Notes under the pieces: generated by a model
The model's input: the letters and a program-made list of their open reading frames with translations, nothing else
Told to the model about the DNA's origin: nothing
Database searches by the model: none
Position numbers and translations under genes: made by a program
Source of the DNA: a virus
Lineage: Duplodnaviria; Caudoviricetes
Virus record (IMG/VR): IMGVR_UViG_3300010413_000058
Span: 1 to 54,932 of that record
Direction: 5' to 3' (one strand)
DNA: 54,932 nucleotides
Shown here: positions 27,108 through 37,500 of the stretch, piece after piece
Layout: each line of letters starts with the position of its first letter
Position numbering within the stretch: the first letter of the stretch is position 1

Positions 27108-27620
27108 TTAAAGGAACAGAACACTTTCAGTTAAAACCATATTGCCCCCAGAAGCCGAGAAGTCAAACACAATCGCTTCACATTTTTCCAAATCAAATTC
27201 TCTGTAGAAATCCGTGATAGCTTCTCCACTAATAGGAACAACAGGTGTACCAAAAGTCCAAGCCTCTCCCGATGTATTAGCCTTGCAGGCTCTCACATCT
27301 ACAGTAAGTTCGGCAGCGACAGGACCAGTTCCTTTCACAAGCAGAGCAAAGCTTCTGGCAGCTTCAAAATCAAATAATTCCAAATTGAATGGTCCTGCTC
27401 TCTTCGTCTGTCCATCATTTATCGTAAGATCACTCTCGATGAGGACATCAAGTTTGGACTCTGTGGGTTCTATAGGGGCGGCAGTAGGAATATGGGAAAC
27501 AAGAGTTAGATCAGGGTCATACACATAATGGGAAACTTCCTCTGTAGCTCCATACAGAATGCTCTTTCCCCTAGCAACTAAGGTGGCTTGATCGGATCTA
27601 TCATTACGGTATCTGGGCAT
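27108..27620 (-). CDS. Hypothetical virion-associated protein (2 SGE motifs)
   Basis: SD AGGAGGT before MPRYRN. Confidence 0.65.
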   Translation of the reverse strand: MPRYRNDRSDQATLVARGKSILYGATEEVSHYVYDPDLTLVSHIPTAAPIEPTESKLDVLIESDLTINDGQTKRAGPFNLELFDFEAARSFALLVKGTGPVAAELTVDVRACKANTSGEAWTFGTPVVPISGEAITDFYREFDLEKCEAIVFDFSASGGNMVLTESVLFL

Positions 27621-27643
27621 TTCAGCACCTCCTTCCATTTATA

Positions 27644-27672
27644 AAAGTATCACAAACAGTTAAACCTCGCAA
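27644..27672 (-). promoter_or_regulatory. Putative sigma70-type promoter
   Basis: TTGCGA, 17-nt spacer, TACTTT with extended -10 TG, in a rare AT-rich intergenic gap. Confidence 0.45.
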
Positions 27673-27673
27673 T

Positions 27674-28186
27674 TTATTTTCTAATCTCCTTCTTGGCTAG
27701 ATAGAGAAGGACATACAGCATTGCTTTCAATGTGGTTTTCTGATCAGTAGTAAGGCTTCCAAATACGTTTTCAACATGAACAGGAATCTGGTCATAATTC
27801 AGGTTTTCAACTAGCTCAGTCAATCTCTGTTTCAGTTGTCTATTATCTGACATGCTAGACGCTCGGTTTGCTTGCTCAATCGTATATTCTGCATCAGACA
27901 ATAGAATTATCGTCTTCGTAACCCCGACAGATTGTAGACGCAATTTGTGACGTTCATAGTATCGCATGGAAACAGGTTGGGAACCCGCAACAGGTACAGC
28001 ATGAAGCTCAAAATTACCGTCCTTGTATCTAACGTAAATCTCACTGAGGTTCATTAGGTCAACCACTTTGCCAATTCTGTGATCAAACCTCAGTCTTTCC
28101 CATCCCACTCCTCTAGGAACAGGACCTACATTTACACCCCCTTTCCATGGTCTTACTAGAATATCCTCATTGAGTAGAACTCTCAC
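27674..28186 (-). CDS. Hypothetical protein, possibly a tail-fibre assembly chaperone
   Basis: Position downstream of the fibre genes. Confidence 0.55.
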   Translation of the reverse strand: MRVLLNEDILVRPWKGGVNVGPVPRGVGWERLRFDHRIGKVVDLMNLSEIYVRYKDGNFELHAVPVAGSQPVSMRYYERHKLRLQSVGVTKTIILLSDAEYTIEQANRASSMSDNRQLKQRLTELVENLNYDQIPVHVENVFGSLTTDQKTTLKAMLYVLLYLAKKEIRK

Positions 28187-28661
28187 GCCTGTCCTCTATT
28201 TGCCCTACATCAATCGATAGAGCCGTTTCAAGTTTATCCACAACCCCACTTTCCTCCAGTGCCGACGCAAATCTGTTCATAACTAGCAGGGTATCTTGCA
28301 AGCCTTTAAATACCTTTCTCACCTGCTCTAGTTTTCTTATCACTCCCTTATTGAGAGCCGAACTCTGCGACAATCTGCTCCTCTGCTCCCCCAGAACTTT
28401 CCTCATCCCCCTGTAGACCCCTTCGTGATACTTCAAGTGTTGAGTCCAAAAGGAGGGGAGAAATACGTCTTCTTTCCTTAATTCTTTCGATGCTAGGGGC
28501 ATCCCTGTTTTGTCATCTAGCACCTTTTCCCAAGTCATCTCTACTGTCAAAGCCTTGACAACTGCCTTCTCAACCATATCCCGCACAGTGACTTCCAACT
28601 CCACTCTGACAGCCGATTTGATTGCCTCGTACAACCACTCTTTATCTTTCTTGGATAGCAT
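28167..28661 (-). CDS. Hypothetical protein
   Basis: ATG MLSKKDK with AAGGGGG upstream. Confidence 0.6.
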   Translation of the reverse strand: MLSKKDKEWLYEAIKSAVRVELEVTVRDMVEKAVVKALTVEMTWEKVLDDKTGMPLASKELRKEDVFLPSFWTQHLKYHEGVYRGMRKVLGEQRSRLSQSSALNKGVIRKLEQVRKVFKGLQDTLLVMNRFASALEESGVVDKLETALSIDVGQIEDRRESSTQ

Positions 28662-28672
28662 AAAATCCCCCC

Positions 28673-29326
28673 TTATGGTATCTTGATTGGGTAAATCATT
28701 ATGCCTACCGCAGCTTGAGGTCTCCAAGTTCCTAACGACGACCCTGTTGAATGGGTTATAGTAGGATCTGGTCCATCAGTTGTATAACCAGCAGTATAAA
28801 GAGAACTACCAACAGTCCCCGACCTGGTAATCAAATTTTGGCCTACAATCGTATCCTTTGCTACTCCATAGCCTCCATAAGTGCCGGCTGTACTTGGAGA
28901 TCCTACATTCTCCAAAGTATGTGAGTGAGATGAATGATTCGGAATAGTAATATCATCTAAATTCCACTGCCCCCTCTTACCCCAGACAGAATAATCCTGG
29001 TAACCTCCCCTTAAAGCCAACACTCTATCACCATTAGCCGTATCCTCCGTAAAACCCTCTTCCTGAGCACTTGCATACACCCACATCCTCGTGATGTTAG
29101 CTTCCGTCTGATCTCTGAAAGCAATAATACCTCTCCATTGACCACTCGCTCCTCTATGTCTTAGCAAAGATCCAGTTGTATCATACCACAGTTGTCCCGG
29201 CTCTGCGCTGGGTGCCAAAGGGCCTGAAAACGATGATCTTACAGAATACAAAGCATTCTCAATAGCCAACATATCCTGCTCTGAGTCATTGGTCATCTCA
29301 AAAAGATTAGTGGCAAAATTCTGCAC
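28673..29326 (-). CDS. Tail-fibre-like protein
   Basis: FSGPLAPSAEPGQLWYDT, HSHT and WRPQAAVG motifs typical of fibres. Confidence 0.65.
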   Translation of the reverse strand: MQNFATNLFEMTNDSEQDMLAIENALYSVRSSFSGPLAPSAEPGQLWYDTTGSLLRHRGASGQWRGIIAFRDQTEANITRMWVYASAQEEGFTEDTANGDRVLALRGGYQDYSVWGKRGQWNLDDITIPNHSSHSHTLENVGSPSTAGTYGGYGVAKDTIVGQNLITRSGTVGSSLYTAGYTTDGPDPTITHSTGSSLGTWRPQAAVGIMIYPIKIP

Positions 29327-29342
29327 CTTCCATCACCTCCCT

Positions 29343-32300
29343 CTATGTATAAAAGTTTATAGTCATAGCACTGACTAGACCTCTTATGGCCTCATTCGGG
29401 TCGAATATCTCGACTTGCATCTTGTAATATCTACCCTCAGTAATTGCAGCCAATATTTCCATCATTCTCGCTTCGTTAGCCATCTCTCCCGAATAACTGT
29501 CATCCCACATAAGTTTCATTCTAACGGTGGGAGCTGCGGTTAATTCAAGCAACTCATACCATTTCTTGCCTGTAATAACTTGGTACCATTTTTCTGAACC
29601 CGGAGGAAATAAATCTTCCCAAGTAGTTCCGCCTCCTATAGAGGAAAATGAAACATCAGCCCAAACCATCCTTGTGGCAATCGAACCAGCATCTACAATG
29701 TGACTTGTATAGATGGCATAGAGATTGTCTGCCCTAAATGATCTGTCTTGATAACCATATAAAATCCAATCAGATCCTCCCTCATCTCCATAAAACTCAA
29801 AATATGCGTCACTTACAAAGTCAAAATACCCATCATCGACAAATTCAAAATATGGATCTCCAGAACCCCCTCCACCTCCTCCCTCTATCTTAGCAGCCAT
29901 ACCGCCGCCATATTCACCACTAATATCAATCTCCCAAGCCAGAGTATTTTCCCCATCAACACTAAAATCACTTCCCTTGATACTTAGCCAATATTCATCT
30001 CCCTCTTCTACATCGAGACCACCAGCAGGCAACCTAAACGTAGTCCATTCAAATGTTGTGCCGATTCCTGTAACATCTATACCTTCCCCAGATAATATTA
30101 CAGATCCAGGATTTTCCCCGCTCATATCATAAATGTAAACACGAGCCTCCCCCGATGGGTCTCCTATTCTCATCAATTTGAATTGAAACTGGTCTATGGT
30201 GAAGTCTCTCTCTACGTTCCATTTCTGTGCATACTCATATGGGAATCCCCCTTTGTGAAATCTCTCCCCACTAACTAAACTAGAAATCCTTTCACCACTA
30301 TGTGTTCCCTGTAAGTAATCTTCGTATGAATACACCGTATGAGAAGCTCCAAAGAACTTTCCTCTAGGTATAACCTTAATATTATCAAAATAAATCGTAC
30401 CTAGATCACTCGTATTCTTACCAAATATCAGAGAAAACTCATCCTCCAGATCACTTAACGGTATTGCAAATTCGCCGGAAAACGTCTTTAATTCAGACTG
30501 ACTTGTGCCAGTTACATACCCATCCGCATACCCTCCATCCGTGACATTCCATATTCCGAAGAATATTTCCTTGTCACCTGCTGTTCCAGATTTACAATCC
30601 AACTGCACATCTAGAATAAGTTCTTCAAATAAATCTCCCATACTCTGCGAGGCAGATTGAGAGGACCCGCTAGTAGCATCCATCTCCAACATCTCACCTG
30701 ATATGCTCAGAGTACAATTCGTAGGAGTCCACCCATCAGTGTTAACACTAAAATGACCATTCCTTACCATGTTATAATAAATATCAGCCGAACCTTCAGA
30801 CGACCACCCTTTAGGAGTAGGTACTTTAGCTGTAGCCGATCTAGGGATTTCTCCATATACTTCATTATTGCTGAGAGTGTTGGCGTAGAATATGTGGGTG
30901 CCAGGCCTTACACCCTTTAGGCTGAGATTGGGAGACCTTAAGGCTCCTAAAAATACTCCACCCGTCCAAGCTCCTAATCGAAACTCATACAATTCAATGT
31001 CAGGGTCAGTTAGTTTTGTGGAATATAAATTGATTGCCTGCTCGGCGACAACTGCGGCTAGCCAGGGCAAACTGGATGGGGCAGTCACCTTTCCCGTCAC
31101 TCGGTGCTGTAATGGGGATATACTACCGAGGGCCAACTTAACACCCCATATGGAGACGGGTTGGAGTTTTATTAAATACAATTGGCCCTCTTCCACAGGG
31201 TCAATCGTAAAATTGGTATTCACATCATAGAGATACTTATAATCACTGTCTCCACTTCTCTTCACATACACTCTACAGTAATCATACCAAGGATAGTTGA
31301 TAGGCTGGTCAAAGGATATATGCAGACGGGTAAAAGTTCTTAATCTGTAATAATATGTTTCTTCGGTTATGCTTGGTCGATAAACTTCACCAGGTGATTC
31401 TCTCGGATCAACTAGGGCGGAAGAATAAACTTGATCCTCATTCAAATCATAATCATCATTATATAATACAGCATTCTCGTAGATGAAATCTATATCTACA
31501 AGACCATCAGTCCTGATCGTACTCCCTCTAACCCTGAACAACTCACCACTTATACCAAGTCCCCCTCTTCCAGTATAGCCATGCGTTATAGTAACAAGAT
31601 CGTGAGGATCAACTTGGAGTAATTCATCAGTAAATGTACCTCTAACTCCCCTATTTAATCTTGACCTCTCTAAAAAATAAACCCCAACATCTAATGCCTG
31701 CTGCTTACTCCCCATTCCTATAGCACTAAATTCTTGAATATTACCTACTACATCACCAACCTGAATATCATCTGTACTCCAATCCTTATCAGGATCAATG
31801 AACTTGACTTTGAACCCATCAGGTTTGTCCATACGAGAAGGCTCATACATCTCAATCATGGCCTTCCCCGTAGTCTCTTCTACTGCTACATGTTCATCTT
31901 TAATATGAAAGACGGGGACTTCATAATCTAAATCGGCATAGCGGAGATAAATCTTGTTGCTAAAGTGAACAAACTGACCTCTGAAAGACCTTAGAATAAC
32001 GTCAACAATGGTCTGAGAGGGAAGATCACTACCTATAGCATAGTTTAAATACCAACCTTGTAAATCACAATAGTTTGCAGCCTCAGTCCACGAATCAATA
32101 TCAATCTTAGAAACACTAACAGCCTTCCCATACCTAGTATTTGTCATATAGTCATAGAGACAGAGCACTGGATTATGGGAACCTACAGTCCAATTCAAAG
32201 GATCAGGATCAGAGAGATCAACATCTACCCAATTATAAGAAGCAGTCCTGAAATCATAAACCTTTCTTCCCTTTAGTAAATAGGTTCTGCTGGGAGTTCT

Positions 32301-32828
32301 TACAAAATAATCTTCATCATACTTCAGCCTCCACACTACATTGCACGTATATTTATAATGGTCGGTATGGCTGGGAAATGCTGCTGCTAAGTCTAGATCC
32401 TCAGTTTGATTTGATGCTCCGCTATGAAATGTAAAACTTTTAAGGTTTGAGGGGTATTCATTATGAAGAATCTCATCTAGCCATACTTGAGTTATACCAG
32501 TTATAGGATCTACATGTAAACCTTCACATTCCCCTTCTCCTAAAGAATCAACAATATATAAATATTTATTTTCATTTCCACCTGAATTTATAAATATCTC
32601 ATTAGAGCCAACCTTGTGCATTCCATAAATAAGCTTGATTGCAGCCTGAGTAGTTCGAGTATTTATCTGAAGTTTTCGACCTACGTCCTGATCGGGTTCA
32701 TGGATTGTTAAAGAGGCTTCAGCCCAAGCAGCCAACACAAGGGAAGCAGCCAACCAATACTGTTGAAAAGCAGCGGCTACGAAGGCCGCTACCATCAACC
32801 CTATTATCCTCGCTCTTTGGCTGCCCAT
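29343..32828 (-). CDS. Central tail fibre / host-specificity protein (lambda J-like)
   Basis: IKLIYG, LGEGE, KGRKVYD, NPVLCLYDYMTN.RYG, AANYCD; FN3-like and carbohydrate-binding-like inserts; 10 SGE motifs. Confidence 0.85.
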   Translation of the reverse strand: MGSQRARIIGLMVAAFVAAAFQQYWLAASLVLAAWAEASLTIHEPDQDVGRKLQINTRTTQAAIKLIYGMHKVGSNEIFINSGGNENKYLYIVDSLGEGECEGLHVDPITGITQVWLDEILHNEYPSNLKSFTFHSGASNQTEDLDLAAAFPSHTDHYKYTCNVVWRLKYDEDYFVRTPSRTYLLKGRKVYDFRTASYNWVDVDLSDPDPLNWTVGSHNPVLCLYDYMTNTRYGKAVSVSKIDIDSWTEAANYCDLQGWYLNYAIGSDLPSQTIVDVILRSFRGQFVHFSNKIYLRYADLDYEVPVFHIKDEHVAVEETTGKAMIEMYEPSRMDKPDGFKVKFIDPDKDWSTDDIQVGDVVGNIQEFSAIGMGSKQQALDVGVYFLERSRLNRGVRGTFTDELLQVDPHDLVTITHGYTGRGGLGISGELFRVRGSTIRTDGLVDIDFIYENAVLYNDDYDLNEDQVYSSALVDPRESPGEVYRPSITEETYYYRLRTFTRLHISFDQPINYPWYDYCRVYVKRSGDSDYKYLYDVNTNFTIDPVEEGQLYLIKLQPVSIWGVKLALGSISPLQHRVTGKVTAPSSLPWLAAVVAEQAINLYSTKLTDPDIELYEFRLGAWTGGVFLGALRSPNLSLKGVRPGTHIFYANTLSNNEVYGEIPRSATAKVPTPKGWSSEGSADIYYNMVRNGHFSVNTDGWTPTNCTLSISGEMLEMDATSGSSQSASQSMGDLFEELILDVQLDCKSGTAGDKEIFFGIWNVTDGGYADGYVTGTSQSELKTFSGEFAIPLSDLEDEFSLIFGKNTSDLGTIYFDNIKVIPRGKFFGASHTVYSYEDYLQGTHSGERISSLVSGERFHKGGFPYEYAQKWNVERDFTIDQFQFKLMRIGDPSGEARVYIYDMSGENPGSVILSGEGIDVTGIGTTFEWTTFRLPAGGLDVEEGDEYWLSIKGSDFSVDGENTLAWEIDISGEYGGGMAAKIEGGGGGGSGDPYFEFVDDGYFDFVSDAYFEFYGDEGGSDWILYGYQDRSFRADNLYAIYTSHIVDAGSIATRMVWADVSFSSIGGGTTWEDLFPPGSEKWYQVITGKKWYELLELTAAPTVRMKLMWDDSYSGEMANEARMMEILAAITEGRYYKMQVEIFDPNEAIRGLVSAMTINFYT

Positions 32829-33247
32829 CTTATAACCGCCTCTATTGGGTAGTTTCTTTTGTTGACCAATCCCACCGAATCTCCTACAAAACTCGACAGA
32901 ATCAACCCGTTTCCTACATATATACCTGCTCCTAATACACCTTTACCATCTTTAAATAGAACCAAATCTGGGGGAAACAAGCAATAATTGTCTACCTTTT
33001 CTCCTAAACTAAGTACATAAGAAATAAAAGCGAATTTAGCCTGTTCGGGGAACTCAGACCACAATTTAGAATAATTTTCTTCAGTTATCCCTCTATATTC
33101 CTTAGGGATTTTAATTCCTAACTCTCTTCCTATAGAGTTAACCATCATTAAACAATCCATACCTGACAAATCTCTCCCACCCAACTTGTAGGGGACACCA
33201 ATATATTTACTAATTACACTAGAAAGATTAAGCTTTTGTTTAGCCAA
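32804..33247 (-). CDS. NlpC/P60-family tail protein (lambda K-like), catalytic His missing
   Basis: YIGVPYKLGGRDLSGMDC, DLVLF, GAGIYVGNG. Confidence 0.85.
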   Translation of the reverse strand: MAKQKLNLSSVISKYIGVPYKLGGRDLSGMDCLMMVNSIGRELGIKIPKEYRGITEENYSKLWSEFPEQAKFAFISYVLSLGEKVDNYCLFPPDLVLFKDGKGVLGAGIYVGNGLILSSFVGDSVGLVNKRNYPIEAVIRWAAKERG

Positions 33248-33899
33248 CTTTAGGATTCCTTCCCCACCAGATTATCTTGTCCTCAATGTCAGGCAACCAA
33301 CGATACCCTCCAAAATTATCCGTATTGTTATATTTGCTACAGGCGGCATAGGTGCGGTCGCATTCCTGAGTAGGATAATCCTTAGAATAACCACATTCAT
33401 CTCCACCAAATACTTTCCATCTACAGCTAGGAGAATGAAGATTAATCGTATTCATATCCCAACGGGTAAACTCATTGGTCATAGTTATGCGAATCTTCTC
33501 GTCAGGGTATAAATTCCAAGCGTCTATCTCTCCCGAAAACATTGTAATCGCAGCATCTCCCACAATCTGAAAATCACTATCCAGCAGCACCATTTTGAGC
33601 CCAATGGGTTGCCCCTGCTGCCCCGTTTCAGCAAAGTAATACGTCAACGATTGATCCAACACATCTATATCCACCGTTGCCTCATCGATAATTCTAGCCG
33701 TACTGTAGTTCACGGAGTCTACGGAGAAAGGGTAAGGCTCATACTTCGCCCCTTCAAAATATATAGAAACATCACAATCAGTTAAATTAAAATGATATGC
33801 CTCCCCTTGATCATTCACCACAGAGAGATTCATAAGTATAAAGGGCCGAATGCTCCCTTTCCTAATTTCGTCCAATAAATCTTGATCTATTTCTCTCAT
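33240..33899 (-). CDS. Tail tip / baseplate hub protein (lambda L-like, C-terminal Cys cluster)
   Basis: CRWKVFGGDECGY...CDRTYAAC...NFGG. Confidence 0.8.
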   Translation of the reverse strand: MREIDQDLLDEIRKGSIRPFILMNLSVVNDQGEAYHFNLTDCDVSIYFEGAKYEPYPFSVDSVNYSTARIIDEATVDIDVLDQSLTYYFAETGQQGQPIGLKMVLLDSDFQIVGDAAITMFSGEIDAWNLYPDEKIRITMTNEFTRWDMNTINLHSPSCRWKVFGGDECGYSKDYPTQECDRTYAACSKYNNTDNFGGYRWLPDIEDKIIWWGRNPKVG

Positions 33900-34528
33900 A
33901 ACTCATCATTTAAGAGCCCTTTCAGCTCCACCCCCGATCTTCCCACTATATTGTAAAAGTCCTCATAACTAAAGGCATCCTGCATAAATCTACATCTAAT
34001 CTTCAAAACACCTGTAAAATCGACCGTTACACGATTGCCTTCTTCTGGTGCCACAGTGAAATGTAAAATGTCTTCTCCATCGGAGCCAGCTTGAGGATCA
34101 ATCCAATATTCTCCTGAAGTTGCTAAAGGGTCTCCTCCTTTATACACCGTTTCATTGGATATACTTTTACCAGGTAGACTGAACTGAGTAGTGCTTCCAT
34201 CCCCCACACCTACATATTCACTCTCATAATCTTGTATCCCATAGTTGGATCTCTCGATGAAAGGGGCATCTAGGTAGAAACTGAACACTTCATACCTACC
34301 CATCCTTGCAACAAAGAATTTCCAAATAGTCCTTATATTCGCCGCAGTGAAGAACTTATTATTATAAGGTATTCGGATGTTGCGGCGGGGCACGGTCCAT
34401 TTCTGTCTTCTCTTTTCCCGCCCCGGTACATTTTCGTCATCAAATTGGGACACCAAGGTCTTCGTCTGAAATTCAATGACAATAGGAAAATCATAGTTTA
34501 TGTCTGAAAAATCAGGAAATTTAGCCAC
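33896..34528 (-). CDS. Distal tail protein (DUF2460-like)
   Basis: FFVARMGRYEVF, GVGDGSTTQF, FTVAP; follows the tape measure gene. Confidence 0.75.
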   Translation of the reverse strand: MAKFPDFSDINYDFPIVIEFQTKTLVSQFDDENVPGREKRRQKWTVPRRNIRIPYNNKFFTAANIRTIWKFFVARMGRYEVFSFYLDAPFIERSNYGIQDYESEYVGVGDGSTTQFSLPGKSISNETVYKGGDPLATSGEYWIDPQAGSDGEDILHFTVAPEEGNRVTVDFTGVLKIRCRFMQDAFSYEDFYNIVGRSGVELKGLLNDEL

Positions 34529-37500
34529 GGCTTACCCTCTTTATGCTAGATACTAATTGTTTGTCTCCTTCCCTAATTGACTGTGTAGTAGCTCCGGCAA
34601 ACAAACTCCTATGTCTTCTCACCCATTCATCCATCGTCCGTGTGTCTGGGGTCATTATAGTTATATTAACATTACCTGCCCCTGCTGCTTCATCCCGAGG
34701 GGTAACAGTTTCACCTCTTTGCAATATGGCGGGGAACTCATCAGGACTAAGACCTGAATGCAGTCTAGGAGCGGCTTGGATGATCCACTGTGGAACCTGT
34801 TTGCGGGGGAATACATCGACGCCTATCTGACCACCTGAATGCTGCAAAGCTATTCTACCTAACCCAGCGTCAGAACTATATGTGCTTCCAGCCGCACCCG
34901 CTGTACCAGGTGTAGTTGTTCCACTAAGTGCCCCTAACATCCTTATCCCTAACGCAATCAACTCCGCCGTCGCCCTATCCGCCAAGAACTTAGCAATCTC
35001 TCTCAACAGAGCATCGAGAAATCCCTTCCAAGCATCGTGAGCACTCTTCAGATCACCTTTCATAACCTGAAAGAAATACTCTTCCATCGCTCCAGCCATG
35101 TGATTCGCTGAATTTTGTACGATTGTAGACCAATCCCTTGCAGCCAATTTAAAGTCTATCCCAGCTAATTCAAGACCTGCTCTCAGCTTCATAAGCCAAT
35201 CATCACTGTACTCCTTCATTATCGCCCATTTTTCTCTCTCAACAATTAATTCCTGCTCACCTGCATCCCTGAGCATTTTCTGTCGGTAGCGGATGTATTC
35301 TTCACTGTCACGAGGTAGACGTTTCAGGTATCGTTCGTGTTCCAAAATCCTCTTATCGGTATTATTCTTTTCTATATCATAAGCAATTTTAGCTACTTCA
35401 TTTTGGCCCTTTAAATATTCCTCTGTACCTTCTTTTTGTCTAGAAAGGAAATTTTCAGCAATGGACAACCTTTTATTTAAAATATCTCTCTCAATATCCA
35501 ATTCCTCTAGCCTTATATCCTCTCTACTCTTAAATCCATCTACCCATAAAGCTGTTTGTCTTTCAATGCTTATTTTTCCATACATTTCTTCCAATTCTAG
35601 TTGATCTAATTCACTCTGAGCGTAAATCTTTCTTCTTTCTGCTAGAAACTTTTGATCTATCTCAGCCCTTCCTTTAATATACTTCTGACGCTTTTTCTCT
35701 TTTTCTCCAGGATCAAGGTCTAATTTCAACTGCTCTTTATACCAAATATTCAGATCATCCAAATTCTTCTGTCGAGTTGCCTTGGCTTTAGATAACTCGT
35801 CAGTTTGAAGTCTAGCCATCAAAGAGTCATATTGTTTTTGAAACTTCAATTTGGTTTCGAGTTTCTTTTTCTCTGCCGCCTCTGTATTCCTTACATCCTG
35901 CTCCCCAAGAACCTTAATGAGAGCCATAATTCTCATATATTCATCCGCTCTCTGTTTGCCATATTTCTTCTCTATGTCAGCCTTAATCTTAGCAGCATCC
36001 TGAGCATCAGAAACCCCCCTGAGTTCTTGCATTGTGGCATTTTCTTGGAATTTATCTATTTGCTCTAATCTAACCTTATATTGCTCTTTCCAAGTTCTCA
36101 GCAAGTCTCCCTGCAACTTTCTAATTATCCTAACACGTTCCTCCTCAGTCCAAATCTCTTTCCCTATACCCTCAATAGTTTCATTTATTGCCCTAAGATG
36201 TAATGCCGCCCTACCCTCTGCAAGTTCCTTATCTGTAAGTCCTAATTCTTTAGCCGTAGTCTCCCAAGTTGAAATCCTCTGATTCATCAACTTTATTTGC
36301 TCTAGCAAAGCAACCCGCTCGATTGCAGTAAGTTGGTTGTAAATAGAACGCCAGTAGCTTGGCAGAGTAGATACAGCTTCCTTTTCTCTTTCAGCCTGCT
36401 TCTGTCTCTCGTAATTCGTCCAATAGACTTTCTGCAAATATTCAAGAGCAACGGCGGTGAATTGCTCCAGTTGACCTGCTGCTAATTCCATATCGCCTAT
36501 AAGATAAAATATCGATCTTCTCAAAAAGCTTATAAATTCAGGACCTTCACCTGGCTTCCACTCAATACGCAATTTAGAAAGGGCCTCACCTAAACGCCCT
36601 ACCCTCTCATTGAGTTCTGCCACGTCTTTATCACTAACTAATTGATCCACTACCGAAAACTCAGGTAACTCCATCCACAAAAATGACTGACCTGCACTCC
36701 TCACAGCCTTGGCATAATGAGCTATCTGTTTGGCTAACTGTTCAAAGGAAGCCATAGCATTCTTCTTAATAAGCTCATCTAATGCCTCACCCTGATCATT
36801 CCAAGCCCTAGTCAGTTCGTCGATATTACTTTTTAATTCGGGGAAATCCTCACCCAGTCTCTTCAATACGGCTAGGTACTCAAGAGTTCCAGGAGTTAGT
36901 TCCTTCAATTCATCTCTATATCTCTGCAAAGATTCCACGTTTTTGGCTGCTGCTCTCTCTTCTGCCTCCCATTTTTCAATCCTCTTATCCAGGTACCTAA
37001 ACAAAGCTACAAAAAAGGTGCCAAAAGCACCAGCAATAAAAAACAAAGGATGGGCAGTAAGAGTCTTCCTTAGTACACTCATCGCCACAGTAAATAAACC
37101 AACCTTCTCTGTGGCTTGCATCCACAATCTTACATTTATACCAGTAGTGAGGGCAGCAAATATAGGAATTATTGACTTCAACGCATACCCTAAAAACTGA
37201 AATGTTGAAAATAAAACAAGACCAATTGTATTCAAAGCACCCAATGACACAATAAACTGTCCGACTACAGGTATCTCTACTATGTAAGTGATAGCTTTTA
37301 CTACTTCCCTCAAAACCTCTAGCAGAACTTTAAAGGCCCCAGCAATACCCGCTTCACCTATATCGACTGCCAGCGTACCCAACCTATCCCGTAAGTTCTT
37401 AGCTGTTACTGCAAGACCTTCCATTTGCGTTTCAGCCATCCTCGTAGCTTCACCTGCCCGTATCGCAGCCTCGTACATCTTGTCGAAACCCTCGACCCCT

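Noticed and set aside
17820-32828. Diversity-generating retroelement or invertible tail-fibre cassette
   Set aside because: No reverse transcriptase or invertase in the window, and no TR/VR-like repeat pair or inverted crossover sites noticed by eye; a self dot-plot would be decisive
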